Below are positions 6,830-14,683 of a stretch of DNA of 21,694 bases, in pieces. Numbering within the stretch: position 1 is the stretch's first letter; every line of letters starts with the position of its first letter. The notes beneath the pieces were generated by a model, which searched no databases, was not told the origin of the DNA, and saw nothing but the letters and a program-made list of their open reading frames with translations. This DNA is from Planctomycetota bacterium (GTDB lineage Bacteria; Planctomycetota; UBA8108; UBA1146), in NCBI GenBank assembly GCA_036338595.1, contig JAYZBV010000023.1, positions 1-21,694 of the forward strand. The letters run 5' to 3'. Made by a program: the position numbers and the translations under genes.

Positions 6830-9800
6830 TCAGGGGCAACTGGTGAAGGTGGCACAGTCGAGCACGGAGCCCGCTGGATCCTGACCGCAGGTAGGGAAGG
6901 GGTCATCGGGTACCAGTCCACCTGAAAATAGATACGAGAGTAAGAAGATGGCGTCTGCAATGTCGATCATGTCATCGTTGTTGGCGTCGGCAGAGGCTTC
7001 GCAAGCAACAGCGCCACCGTCGAACAAGTAGTCAAGACTGGATACCGCATCGCTGATGTCATGCATCCCGTCAGTATTGACATCGCCACGCACCCAATCC
7101 TGAACAAAGCACTCATCCGGTTCTCCGTCACCGTTATTGTCGGTGCTAGTACCGTTTGCGATGTCGCAGGAATCAGGAATCGCATTGCCATTGCAGTCGT
7201 CAGCAGTCCCCTCAGCAACATCGCAGACATCGAGCGTTCCGCTCGTATCGCAATCGCTGGAAGGATCATCATTGATCTGACAGACATCGAGTTGACCGTT
7301 GAGATCACAGTCAATTGCTCCAGCGATGAGATCACAGGAGTCGTCTTGCCCGTTGCCATCGCAATCAGAACCCGCTGTCTGGTCCACATCGCAATCGTTG
7401 GGAATGCCATCTCCGTCGATATCGTCATCGCAATCATCGATGGTGCCATCGGCATCGGTGTCGGGCTCACAGGAATCAGGGATCGTATCCCGGTCACAAT
7501 CGGCGGCTCCGGCGTCGACATCGCAGATGTCTGGAATTCCATTCGCGTTGCAATCCGCTACGGAACCATCGCCAGTAGAGCACTCATCGGGGATTCCATC
7601 GATATCGCAATCAACACTGGTTCCGTTTGCGATGTCCTCTGCATCCGGGATTCCGTTGGTGTTGCAATCCTCAACTCCTGAACAATCGACTTCCTCGATA
7701 CGGAAATCATCGATAGCAGCCTCGATAACCGAACCGCCTCCCAGATCGCTTGCAATGAAGCGCACCTGGACGCTACTAGAAAGCAACACGAAGTCAGAGA
7801 CGAGGAAACTGTGTTCGATCCAGCCTCCAGAGGTTCCGGCACCGGCAGGTCCGATCGTCTCTACATCCACCCACGATGAACCGTCATCAGAGATTTCTAC
7901 TTCAAAGATGTCCGCATTGATCGTAGCTCCAATCGAAGCTCCCGTATCGTTGGAATACCAGCGGAAGTAACTGATCTCTGGATGGGAAGAACCGGACAGG
8001 TCCATCACGAATGAATAGAGTGTCGTGGATCCTCCATCGACATCATTCTCACCGAGACTTCCACCGACACTTCCCTGACCGGTGAACCAGCACTGGCTAC
8101 CGGCCGCGGTGTTGTCATCTTCTGGCTGAGCCGCTGTCCCGAGTGGATCTGCACGAACCCAGTTACCGGTGGTTGCATTGTTGGGGCTTGCCACGGCCCA
8201 ACCTGCAGACTGTTCGAAATCGGTGTCCTCGATATTGACTCCGAAGGCACTCAATCCCGGTGCCGGTCCGGCTTCGGGGTAAGAAACCAGTTGCCCGGAA
8301 GAACTCTGAGCCTCGATCCACCAGCCGAATTCACTGTCACAGGAAACGGGCGGGAAAGTCATCTCGTAATTGACACCACCGAGGAAGCTCAGCGCAATCG
8401 ACTCGATACCGGTACCCGTATCGACCATGAGCAGCTCGGTTCCTGCCTGAACGCTCGAACCAGCAATGGGGGTAATGGTGACATCGAAGGAATCGCCACC
8501 GAGCGGGTTGAAGATCGTTGGATCTCCCCCGGGAACTGCAATGATCAGAGCAGCGGTCACGAAGACATTGCAGTTGACCGGGCCGGAGGGCACACCGGCT
8601 TGAGTCCCATTGACTGTGTAAGTATGCGCACCCGGGGCAGGACTTGTATCGGTCCAGGATGTAGAAGAACCGGCGATGGTCGCAACCATGGAGCCGTCAC
8701 GAGTGATTTCGATGGCGTCGTAGACTTCGCCATTGGTCCAACCCAGATCGACCTGCTCCCCTACCTGAGCGCACGAAAGATCCGAAACGCCCGGGAGAAA
8801 ATCACCACTCGGTGCCATGACGGGGAAAGTGACCGAATCAGGCTGACCGGCGACCGGCTTGAACAGTCCGAGCGTGGCGGTGTTCGGATCGGGGGGTGCA
8901 TTACAGGTGAAGTAGAAGTTGTACATCGTCGACCAGCGAAGTGCGTTGGCATCCGGATCTTCGGCATAGGAATCGGTCGACCAGGTGATTCCCACTCCCG
9001 GATTTTCGGTGACTTGCCAGTCGATTCCGGAATGTGGCTCACCACTGTGCCAGGTGATGTCATGGAAACCATGACTGAGGATGGTGGCACCGCCAGGAAA
9101 AGGCACCATGAAACTGCGGGCGGAACGGTCCGAATACATGTTGTAGACCGCATACTCGTAGTTCCAGGTACCATCACCATTGGCGGTCACATCGTAACCT
9201 GCGATGAACAGCCCCTCGTTCGGTACCTGGACATCGACGAGGGTGACGGTCGGTTGGTTGTCCTGCCACGCCTGAATTCCAGGCTCCATCATCTGCGTGC
9301 CCCCGACAAAACTGAGGTTGTGCGACCCGGTCTGGGAGACGTTGACACGGCGATAGGAGGCGTTGTTGGCTTGATTTCCGAAGGTTGCATCATCCTGAGC
9401 GACGTACTGCCCACTGACAAAGTAAAGGGCTCCCGGAAAGTTTGCGGAGAGAAGATCGGATTCCTTGACCTGCATGCGCCGACCGATGTTTCCCTGGCCA
9501 GAGGGAACAGGAGGTGCCGAATAAGGAAAAGGGAATACTCCGGTCCAGGCATCCACCTGTGACCGAGGTCCAAGGTTGCCCTGATTGCCATTGAGTCCAG
9601 CAGAATATGGATCGGCACAGCCAGGGGTGAGGTAGCTGAGACAACCTCCTCCACCGTTGCAACCAGAGCAGAGGCCCGTATTCTGCAGCGCGCAGAAGCC
9701 ATGCTTGAGCCACGACGAACCGATCTGGGTAAAACGTCCGTCATGCAATCGGAACATATCCTGGGCGATCACGGGATGCTGGTTGTTAGTGTCGATCCAC

Positions 9801-10015
9801 GACAGATTCGCATTACCTATATTGCACGAGGTTGTAGCAACGGAGTAAGCGTAGATGACTTCTCCATTGACGGTGTTGGAGCCGTATGAATTGGTATTTG
9901 GCAAGTCACCGACGATCACATCGGGTCCCTGTGCTCCCAGATGAACGGAAAAGCCCAGGACCATCGAAAGAGCAACGACAAGATATGCGGATCGCGGAAC
10001 GTATGAAATTTGCAT
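6830..10015 (-). CDS. Large secreted modular protein: lysyl-oxidase-like N-terminal domain, beta-sandwich, FN3-like, MAM/jelly-roll-like domain, Ca-binding DCNxNGxxD repeats, dockerin-like tail
   Basis: RBS AGGAGGA before ATG 10015; signal peptide. The N-terminal ~370 aa are paralogous to the next gene. About 9 Asp/Cys repeats. Tail WVRGDVNTDG...CGQDP...CP. Confidence 0.85.
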   Translation of the reverse strand: MQISYVPRSAYLVVALSMVLGFSVHLGAQGPDVIVGDLPNTNSYGSNTVNGEVIYAYSVATTSCNIGNANLSWIDTNNQHPVIAQDMFRLHDGRFTQIGSSWLKHGFCALQNTGLCSGCNGGGGCLSYLTPGCADPYSAGLNGNQGNLGPRSQVDAWTGVFPFPYSAPPVPSGQGNIGRRMQVKESDLLSANFPGALYFVSGQYVAQDDATFGNQANNASYRRVNVSQTGSHNLSFVGGTQMMEPGIQAWQDNQPTVTLVDVQVPNEGLFIAGYDVTANGDGTWNYEYAVYNMYSDRSARSFMVPFPGGATILSHGFHDITWHSGEPHSGIDWQVTENPGVGITWSTDSYAEDPDANALRWSTMYNFYFTCNAPPDPNTATLGLFKPVAGQPDSVTFPVMAPSGDFLPGVSDLSCAQVGEQVDLGWTNGEVYDAIEITRDGSMVATIAGSSTSWTDTSPAPGAHTYTVNGTQAGVPSGPVNCNVFVTAALIIAVPGGDPTIFNPLGGDSFDVTITPIAGSSVQAGTELLMVDTGTGIESIALSFLGGVNYEMTFPPVSCDSEFGWWIEAQSSSGQLVSYPEAGPAPGLSAFGVNIEDTDFEQSAGWAVASPNNATTGNWVRADPLGTAAQPEDDNTAAGSQCWFTGQGSVGGSLGENDVDGGSTTLYSFVMDLSGSSHPEISYFRWYSNDTGASIGATINADIFEVEISDDGSSWVDVETIGPAGAGTSGGWIEHSFLVSDFVLLSSSVQVRFIASDLGGGSVIEAAIDDFRIEEVDCSGVEDCNTNGIPDAEDIANGTSVDCDIDGIPDECSTGDGSVADCNANGIPDICDVDAGAADCDRDTIPDSCEPDTDADGTIDDCDDDIDGDGIPNDCDVDQTAGSDCDGNGQDDSCDLIAGAIDCDLNGQLDVCQINDDPSSDCDTSGTLDVCDVAEGTADDCNGNAIPDSCDIANGTSTDNNGDGEPDECFVQDWVRGDVNTDGMHDISDAVSSLDYLFDGGAVACEASADANNDDMIDIADAIFLLSYLFSGGLVPDDPFPTCGQDPAGSVLDCATFTSCP

Positions 10016-10193
10016 CTACTTCCTCCTGGATAGGCGACATGCCTATCGATTGCCATCCACCAACCCAATTACGATATGGCGAACTTGTGGTCACAGAACC
10101 CGGTGAAACTTCCCGTTGATGCGGATCACCCGACCTCCGGAATCACCGGAAGCGCTGCTTCATGCATCCTGGCCACTGTATCTGGCTACTTCA

Positions 10194-12614
10194 TCAGGGG
10201 CAACTATTGAAGGAGGCACAACCGAGTCCGCCGGGCACATCAGGCCCACAGGCAGGGAACGGCGCCGCCGGATCGGGTCCGGAAGCAAACAGATAACCGA
10301 GCAGGTACACGACATCGGAGATGTCGACCTGGAGATCGCCGTTGTTGTCGAGCGCTGCGAGGCAACTGACGCTGGCTCCTCCGAACTGATATCCCAGTGA
10401 ACTCACCGCATCGCTGATGTCGTGGCTGCCGTCGTTGTTGGTGTCGCCGCGCACATAGGTGGTGGGTCCGCCGCCAGTGCATTCATCCGGGACTCCATCT
10501 CCATCGTTGTCGGTACTGGTTCCTGATGAGATGTCGCACTCGTCGAGGACTCCGTTCGCGTTGCAATCTCCGGCACTGGCGATTTCACAGTCATCATGGA
10601 CTCCGTTGCCGTTGCAATCGGGCATACCTGCGCCGCTGATGGAAACATCCATTCCCCAGTTCAACAGCGATCCAGAGTCTCCACCAAGGTTGTCGATGAT
10701 GGTCAAGGTCCAGTCGCCGATCGCATTTTGATTGTCGAAGGCGGAGAGGGGTGAGGATGGTGCGGTTGTGCCGGCGCCACCATCGTCATCGTAGACGGTG
10801 TTGATGTCATCGGAACTACTGCCTCCCTGGGCGTGAAGGACCACATTGGTCGCCAGGGGATTGCTCAGTGAGATGGTGAGATCACCGATGAAGGTGTGCG
10901 TCAGATTCAAGAGCACGTCGACATCATCCACGGCTCCGAACTGATCGACAGCGATGATCCTCACCACGGGAGGAAGGTTGTCGGCGATGGGAGCGGGTGG
11001 GTTGACGATGTCCTCGTAGGTGAAGATTCCCGCTGCTTCACAGAGATCGAGCACGCCGTTGGCATCGCAATCAAGATCGGGATTGGCATCGATCTGGCAA
11101 CTGTCGAGGACGCTGTTGAAATCGCAGTCAGGTTCTGTTCCCTGGGAGATCTCACAGCTGTCGAGCACCCCATCGAAATCGCAGTCCGCGGCTCCTGAAG
11201 CGATCTGGCAGGTGTCAGGAACCAGGTCCCCGTCACAGTCGAGGGCGCCATTGATCAACTCACAGGCGTCTGCGATTCCATCTGCGTTGCAGTCCTCCTG
11301 GCACTCATCGAGCAGCCCGTTGCCATCGCAATCGGAAGCGCCGTTGGCGATCTCATCGGCATCGGGGATGCCGTTGTTGTTGCAGTCCAGATTGCCAACC
11401 ATCGGTGCCAGCGTTGGCACCAGCAAGGTGTCGCCATTTCCCGGCTGGAAGAGGCCAAGGGTCGCATTGGCAGCGACGGGTGGGGATGTCGTGACGAAGC
11501 GGAAGTTGTACATCGTTCCCCAGTGCAAGGCGTTCGCATCCGGATTCTGGGACAGCGTCTGTGTTTCCCAGCTGATGGCTCCGCCTGCAGTCGAGTTGGT
11601 CCAGTCTGTACCATCGTAGACCTCGGTACTGTGGTACTCGACATCATGAAACCCGATGCTGCTGGCAATCACTCCGAGTAACGGCAGTGAAAAACTCCTC
11701 ACCGAGCGTGTCGAGTCCATGTTGTACAGTGCGTACTCGTACTGCCATTGGTTGGCGCTCTGCTGCGTCACCTTGTAGCCGAGGATCAGCAAACCATCGT
11801 CGCCGTCGGGAATATCGACCAGCGTCACGGTCGGATCACTGTCCTGCCACGCCTGGATTCCAGGCTGCTGGCGCTGGGTCGACCCGAGGAAGTTGATGGC
11901 GTGATTCGAACTGTTCGCAGACACCGAAACCTGGCGGTAACTGGTGTTGTTGTGGTGATTGCCAGCTGCCGCGTCGTCGGGAGTGATGTAATGGCCCTCA
12001 ACGAAGTACAGCGCTCCGCTATTGAGGGAAGGATTCAGGTCGTCGCCATGGACCCGCAAGCGTCGCCAGGTCAGGTCACTGTTACCCGGATCGAGGATCT
12101 GGGGATAGATGAAGCCACCGTGCGCCGGATCGATCACCTCCGAGCGGGCTCCCAGACTGCCCTGAGAACCGTTGAGACTGGCGCCGTAGGGATCGGAGCA
12201 ACCGACGCCCAGACGCGAACCGGTTCCAGAAGATGTGCAGCCGCAGCCACAGGTGTTTCCCTGCAGGGCGGTGAAGCCGTGCTTGAGCCAGCTCATGCCG
12301 ATCTGTTCAAAGGTGCCACCTCTGAGCCGAAACATGTTCTGGCCGATCACCGGGTGTTGGTTGGTGCTGGCGATCCAGTCCAGTTCTGCAGTGCCGATGT
12401 TGCAGGAAGTCGTGCCGACCGAATAGGCGTAGTAGCCGCCGGCACTGCCGTAGTTCTGGGTCCCTGTCAATTCTCCGACGATGACATCCGCGCCGGTACC
12501 ACCGAGACCACCCCCCGGGTTGCACTGGGCAGCGAGCGACATCGACGAAAATACGATGACGGTCGTGCAAAGGATGATTCGAAAACTGCGGATTTGCTGA
12601 TGATACAGAGACAT
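10194..12614 (-). CDS. Paralogous secreted modular protein: lysyl-oxidase-like N-terminal domain, DCNxNG repeats interrupted by a P domain, dockerin-like tail
   Basis: ATG 12614 follows AAAGGGGA; signal peptide MSLYHQQIRSFRIILCTTVIVFSSMSLAAQ. The track's longer start (13115) runs through the tRNA and is rejected. Confidence 0.85.
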   Translation of the reverse strand: MSLYHQQIRSFRIILCTTVIVFSSMSLAAQCNPGGGLGGTGADVIVGELTGTQNYGSAGGYYAYSVGTTSCNIGTAELDWIASTNQHPVIGQNMFRLRGGTFEQIGMSWLKHGFTALQGNTCGCGCTSSGTGSRLGVGCSDPYGASLNGSQGSLGARSEVIDPAHGGFIYPQILDPGNSDLTWRRLRVHGDDLNPSLNSGALYFVEGHYITPDDAAAGNHHNNTSYRQVSVSANSSNHAINFLGSTQRQQPGIQAWQDSDPTVTLVDIPDGDDGLLILGYKVTQQSANQWQYEYALYNMDSTRSVRSFSLPLLGVIASSIGFHDVEYHSTEVYDGTDWTNSTAGGAISWETQTLSQNPDANALHWGTMYNFRFVTTSPPVAANATLGLFQPGNGDTLLVPTLAPMVGNLDCNNNGIPDADEIANGASDCDGNGLLDECQEDCNADGIADACELINGALDCDGDLVPDTCQIASGAADCDFDGVLDSCEISQGTEPDCDFNSVLDSCQIDANPDLDCDANGVLDLCEAAGIFTYEDIVNPPAPIADNLPPVVRIIAVDQFGAVDDVDVLLNLTHTFIGDLTISLSNPLATNVVLHAQGGSSSDDINTVYDDDGGAGTTAPSSPLSAFDNQNAIGDWTLTIIDNLGGDSGSLLNWGMDVSISGAGMPDCNGNGVHDDCEIASAGDCNANGVLDECDISSGTSTDNDGDGVPDECTGGGPTTYVRGDTNNDGSHDISDAVSSLGYQFGGASVSCLAALDNNGDLQVDISDVVYLLGYLFASGPDPAAPFPACGPDVPGGLGCASFNSCP

Positions 12615-12897
12615 GAGTCCCCTTTCGAAATGTTGCGGAGCTGAGCACCTGTTCGAACGGGCATTGGTAACCGGGCGATCGTAGCCATGCTTCAACACGA
12701 GCATCGATTCACATCCTGTCGATTCGCTTTGCTGTCGGGCGAGGTGGTACAGGTCCTGAGAACTCAAGACGAAGCAGCCATCACGCTCGAAAAGCGGCAC
12801 CACCTGGATTGTAAAGGCCAACGGAGTCAGGGCGAGGGGGGACTGGGCGCATCGGGCACCAATTCCTGATGTCGATGGTGCCGATCGGTGCAGGAAT

Positions 12898-12927
12898 GGC
12901 CCTGTGGACAGGCGAGTCCACAGGGCC
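12898..12927 (-). terminator. Hairpin downstream of tRNA-Thr
   Basis: Perfect 12-bp stem GGCCCTGTGGAC/GTCCACAGGGCC with a 6-nt loop, 10 nt past the tRNA CCA. The U tract is weak. Confidence 0.65.
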
Positions 12928-12937
12928 TGATGTTTAC

Positions 12938-13013
12938 TGGAGCTGGCGACGGGAGTCGAACCCATGACCTCAGCTTTACGAAAGCTGTGCTCTACCAACT
13001 GAGCTACGCCAGC
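12938..13013 (-). tRNA. tRNA-Thr (anticodon CGT)
   Basis: GCTGGCGTAGCTCAGTTGGTAGAGCACAGCTTTCGTAAAGCTGAGGTCATGGGTTCGACTCCCGTCGCCAGCTCCA: 76 nt, 7-bp acceptor stem, D-loop GG, anticodon loop TTCGTAA, GTTCGA T-loop and encoded CCA. Confidence 0.97.
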
Positions 13014-13044
13014 CCGATTTGGTGTCGATGGGGCCGGAGGAAGA

Positions 13045-13073
13045 AGGATAGCGACATTGTCACCGGGCGGCAA
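13045..13073 (-). promoter_or_regulatory. sigma70-type promoter of tRNA-Thr
   Basis: TTGCCG-N17-TATCCT, ending 31 nt upstream of the mature tRNA 5' end. Confidence 0.6.
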
Positions 13074-13076
13074 TCT

Positions 13077-13098
13077 CCCCTCCCTTTTCAGGGAGGAG
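13077..13098 (-). terminator. Stem-loop after xerC
   Basis: Minus strand CTCCTCCCT-GAAA-AGGGAGGGG (GNRA loop) between the xerC stop and the tRNA promoter; no U tract. Confidence 0.4.
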
Positions 13099-13124
13099 GG
13101 GTGCGGCACGCTCAAGGGCGCTCG

Positions 13125-14039
13125 CTAGCGATTCTGCTCCACCTCGGGCAATTCGCTGTGAGGGTGGTCTGCTCTGTGCCGCTCCGAGATCTTCTCACTG
13201 CTGAGGTGGTTGTATACCTGGGTAGTGGCGAGGTGCTTGTGTCCGAGCAGCTCCTGCACCTGTCTCAGGTTGGCACCCCTGTCGAGCAGGTGTGTCGCAT
13301 ACGAGTGCCGCAAGGTGTGAGGACTGGTGCGGCTATCGAGACCCGCCTTGCCGATGTAGCGGTCGAGGATCTTGCGGATCGATCGATCCGAGATGCGATC
13401 GCCAAATCGATTCAACAGCACAGGCAGTGGCTTCCAGATTCCATCTTCTGGTTGCCAGCGAGCGGGGATCGCATCCTGATAGGCAAACAAGGCAATCAAT
13501 GCGTGCTCTCCGATGGGAACGATGCGTTCCTTTCGGCCCTTTCCAAATGCTCTGACGAGTCGCTCATCCCCATCGATGTGTTCCCAGTTCAGGGCGACGA
13601 GTTCGCTGACGCGCAGTCCAGTGCTGTAGAGGATCTCGAGGATCGCTCGATCCCTGAGTCCGCGATAAGTATTGGTCTCTGGCTGGTCGAGAAGTCGTAA
13701 CACTTCCTGGACACTCAGAAAGTGAGGCAAGGCTCTCGGAACTCGGGGAGTGCTCAGTTCGAGAAAGGCACAGCGTCCCTCGATGCGGCCCTGACTGGTG
13801 AGGAAGCGGAAGAAGCCGCGGATCGATGCAAGTTTCCTCGCCACCGTGCTGCGAGAATACCCGACCTCCGCGAAGTGAGCCAACCAGCGGCGCACTTCTG
13901 TATTTTCTTTATTGGCGATCTCGGCGAGGTCAGAGACCTCGAAAAAATCGCGCAGTTGTTCGAGATCTTTGCGGTAGGCCCGGAGAGTTTCCGGGCTCAG
14001 GTTCCGCTCAGACTCGAGGTGCTGCAGGAACGAATCCAT
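13125..14039 (-). CDS. xerC: Tyrosine recombinase XerC
   Basis: 304 aa. N-terminal SAM-like domain (ERNLSPETLRAYRKDL) and RSTVARKLASIRGFFRFL. Catalytic motifs LYSTGLRVSEL, GKGRKER, HTLRHSYATHLL and LLGH...TTQVY. XerD is not fully excluded. Confidence 0.88.
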   Translation of the reverse strand: MDSFLQHLESERNLSPETLRAYRKDLEQLRDFFEVSDLAEIANKENTEVRRWLAHFAEVGYSRSTVARKLASIRGFFRFLTSQGRIEGRCAFLELSTPRVPRALPHFLSVQEVLRLLDQPETNTYRGLRDRAILEILYSTGLRVSELVALNWEHIDGDERLVRAFGKGRKERIVPIGEHALIALFAYQDAIPARWQPEDGIWKPLPVLLNRFGDRISDRSIRKILDRYIGKAGLDSRTSPHTLRHSYATHLLDRGANLRQVQELLGHKHLATTQVYNHLSSEKISERHRADHPHSELPEVEQNR

Positions 14040-14087
14040 GTCGCTGCACCAACTTTCATCCAGCGGGGCGACGTTTCCCCTGGATGA

Positions 14088-14115
14088 ATCCTACGAAGGC
14101 CGAAAAAAATGTGAA
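14088..14115 (-). promoter_or_regulatory. Putative sigma70 promoter of xerC
   Basis: TTCACA-N16-TAGGAT, about 50 nt upstream of the ATG. Confidence 0.45.
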
Positions 14116-14155
14116 GGGGATCGATGCATCCGAGGAAAAACTGTCGCCCTGGAAT

Positions 14156-14194
14156 CGTGGATAAGTCGGATGATGCGGCCTTGAATGTGGATAA
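14156..14194. promoter_or_regulatory. Pair of DnaA boxes
   Basis: TGTGGATAA (14186-94, perfect reverse complement of TTATCCACA) and CGTGGATAA (14156-64, one mismatch), in the same orientation with starts 30 bp apart. Confidence 0.6.
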
Positions 14195-14258
14195 CCTCGG
14201 GGGATGACGCTGACCGAGCCCGGATGCGGCTCTTCTCAGGCAGTTTCACCGGGGCACA

Positions 14259-14510
14259 TCAGGAGAGAGCGCCGTGGCAGCGACTCAGCAACTCCTTCAC
14301 GATGGCACGGAAATGCTCCTGAGTGAGTTCCTCTTCATCGATGTGGGCGGCCTCGTCGAGGGTGGCGGGGGAGGAACTTCCCATCGTCAGCAGTTGTTCT
14401 AGCAGTGACGGCAAATCGGTCCCATCGTAGAGGACGCAGTATTCCACATCCTTGCTGACCACCATCAGCGATCGCTCGTCGGGGTGGGTGAGCGGAGAAT
14501 CGTGCATCAT
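14259..14510 (-). CDS. Small acidic hypothetical protein
   Basis: Fills the gap between xerC and pabB with a protein-like composition (ERSLMVVSKDVEYCVLYD...LPSLLEQLL). ATG 14510 follows AAAGAG; TTG 14525 is an alternative start. Confidence 0.6.
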   Translation of the reverse strand: MMHDSPLTHPDERSLMVVSKDVEYCVLYDGTDLPSLLEQLLTMGSSSPATLDEAAHIDEEELTQEHFRAIVKELLSRCHGALS

Positions 14511-14683
14511 CGAGGTCTCTTTCAACTGTCCAGGATCTGTTCAACAACGGTTACAGGGTTGCCAGCGCGCGATTCGGTTCGGACCTCGTTACCCCCGGGA
14601 TCCTCCGGCAGGCGGTCGTTTCCTGGTCGCGGCCTGTACCCATCTTCGGCTTTCTCGGCCCTTTTCTGCACAGGAAAACCACG

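Noticed and set aside
3395..10196. Sec read-through of the TGA stops after the terminal CP of three secreted genes
   Set aside because: The fourth homologous tail ends CP-TAG at the same position, and one TGA overlaps the next ATG, so these are true stops.
12808..12836. Promoter TCGCCC-N16-TACAAT for the 10194-12614 gene
   Set aside because: Good -10 but weak -35, and about 190 nt from the start codon; not enough support to call.
12870..13036. 13/14-bp direct repeat TGTCGATGG(T/G)GCCG flanking the tRNA
   Set aside because: Short, imperfect, built on the TCGAT word common throughout this sequence, and not derived from the tRNA; probably chance.
12615..13115. 167-aa N-terminal extension of the 973-aa ORF
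   Set aside because: It runs through tRNA-Thr, its promoter and its hairpin. The RBS and signal peptide are at 12614.
12938..14039. Integrase next to a tRNA (genomic island or prophage)
   Set aside because: The recombinase has XerC size and motifs and lies upstream (5') of the tRNA. I saw no duplicated tRNA 3' end and no phage or conjugation genes in the window.
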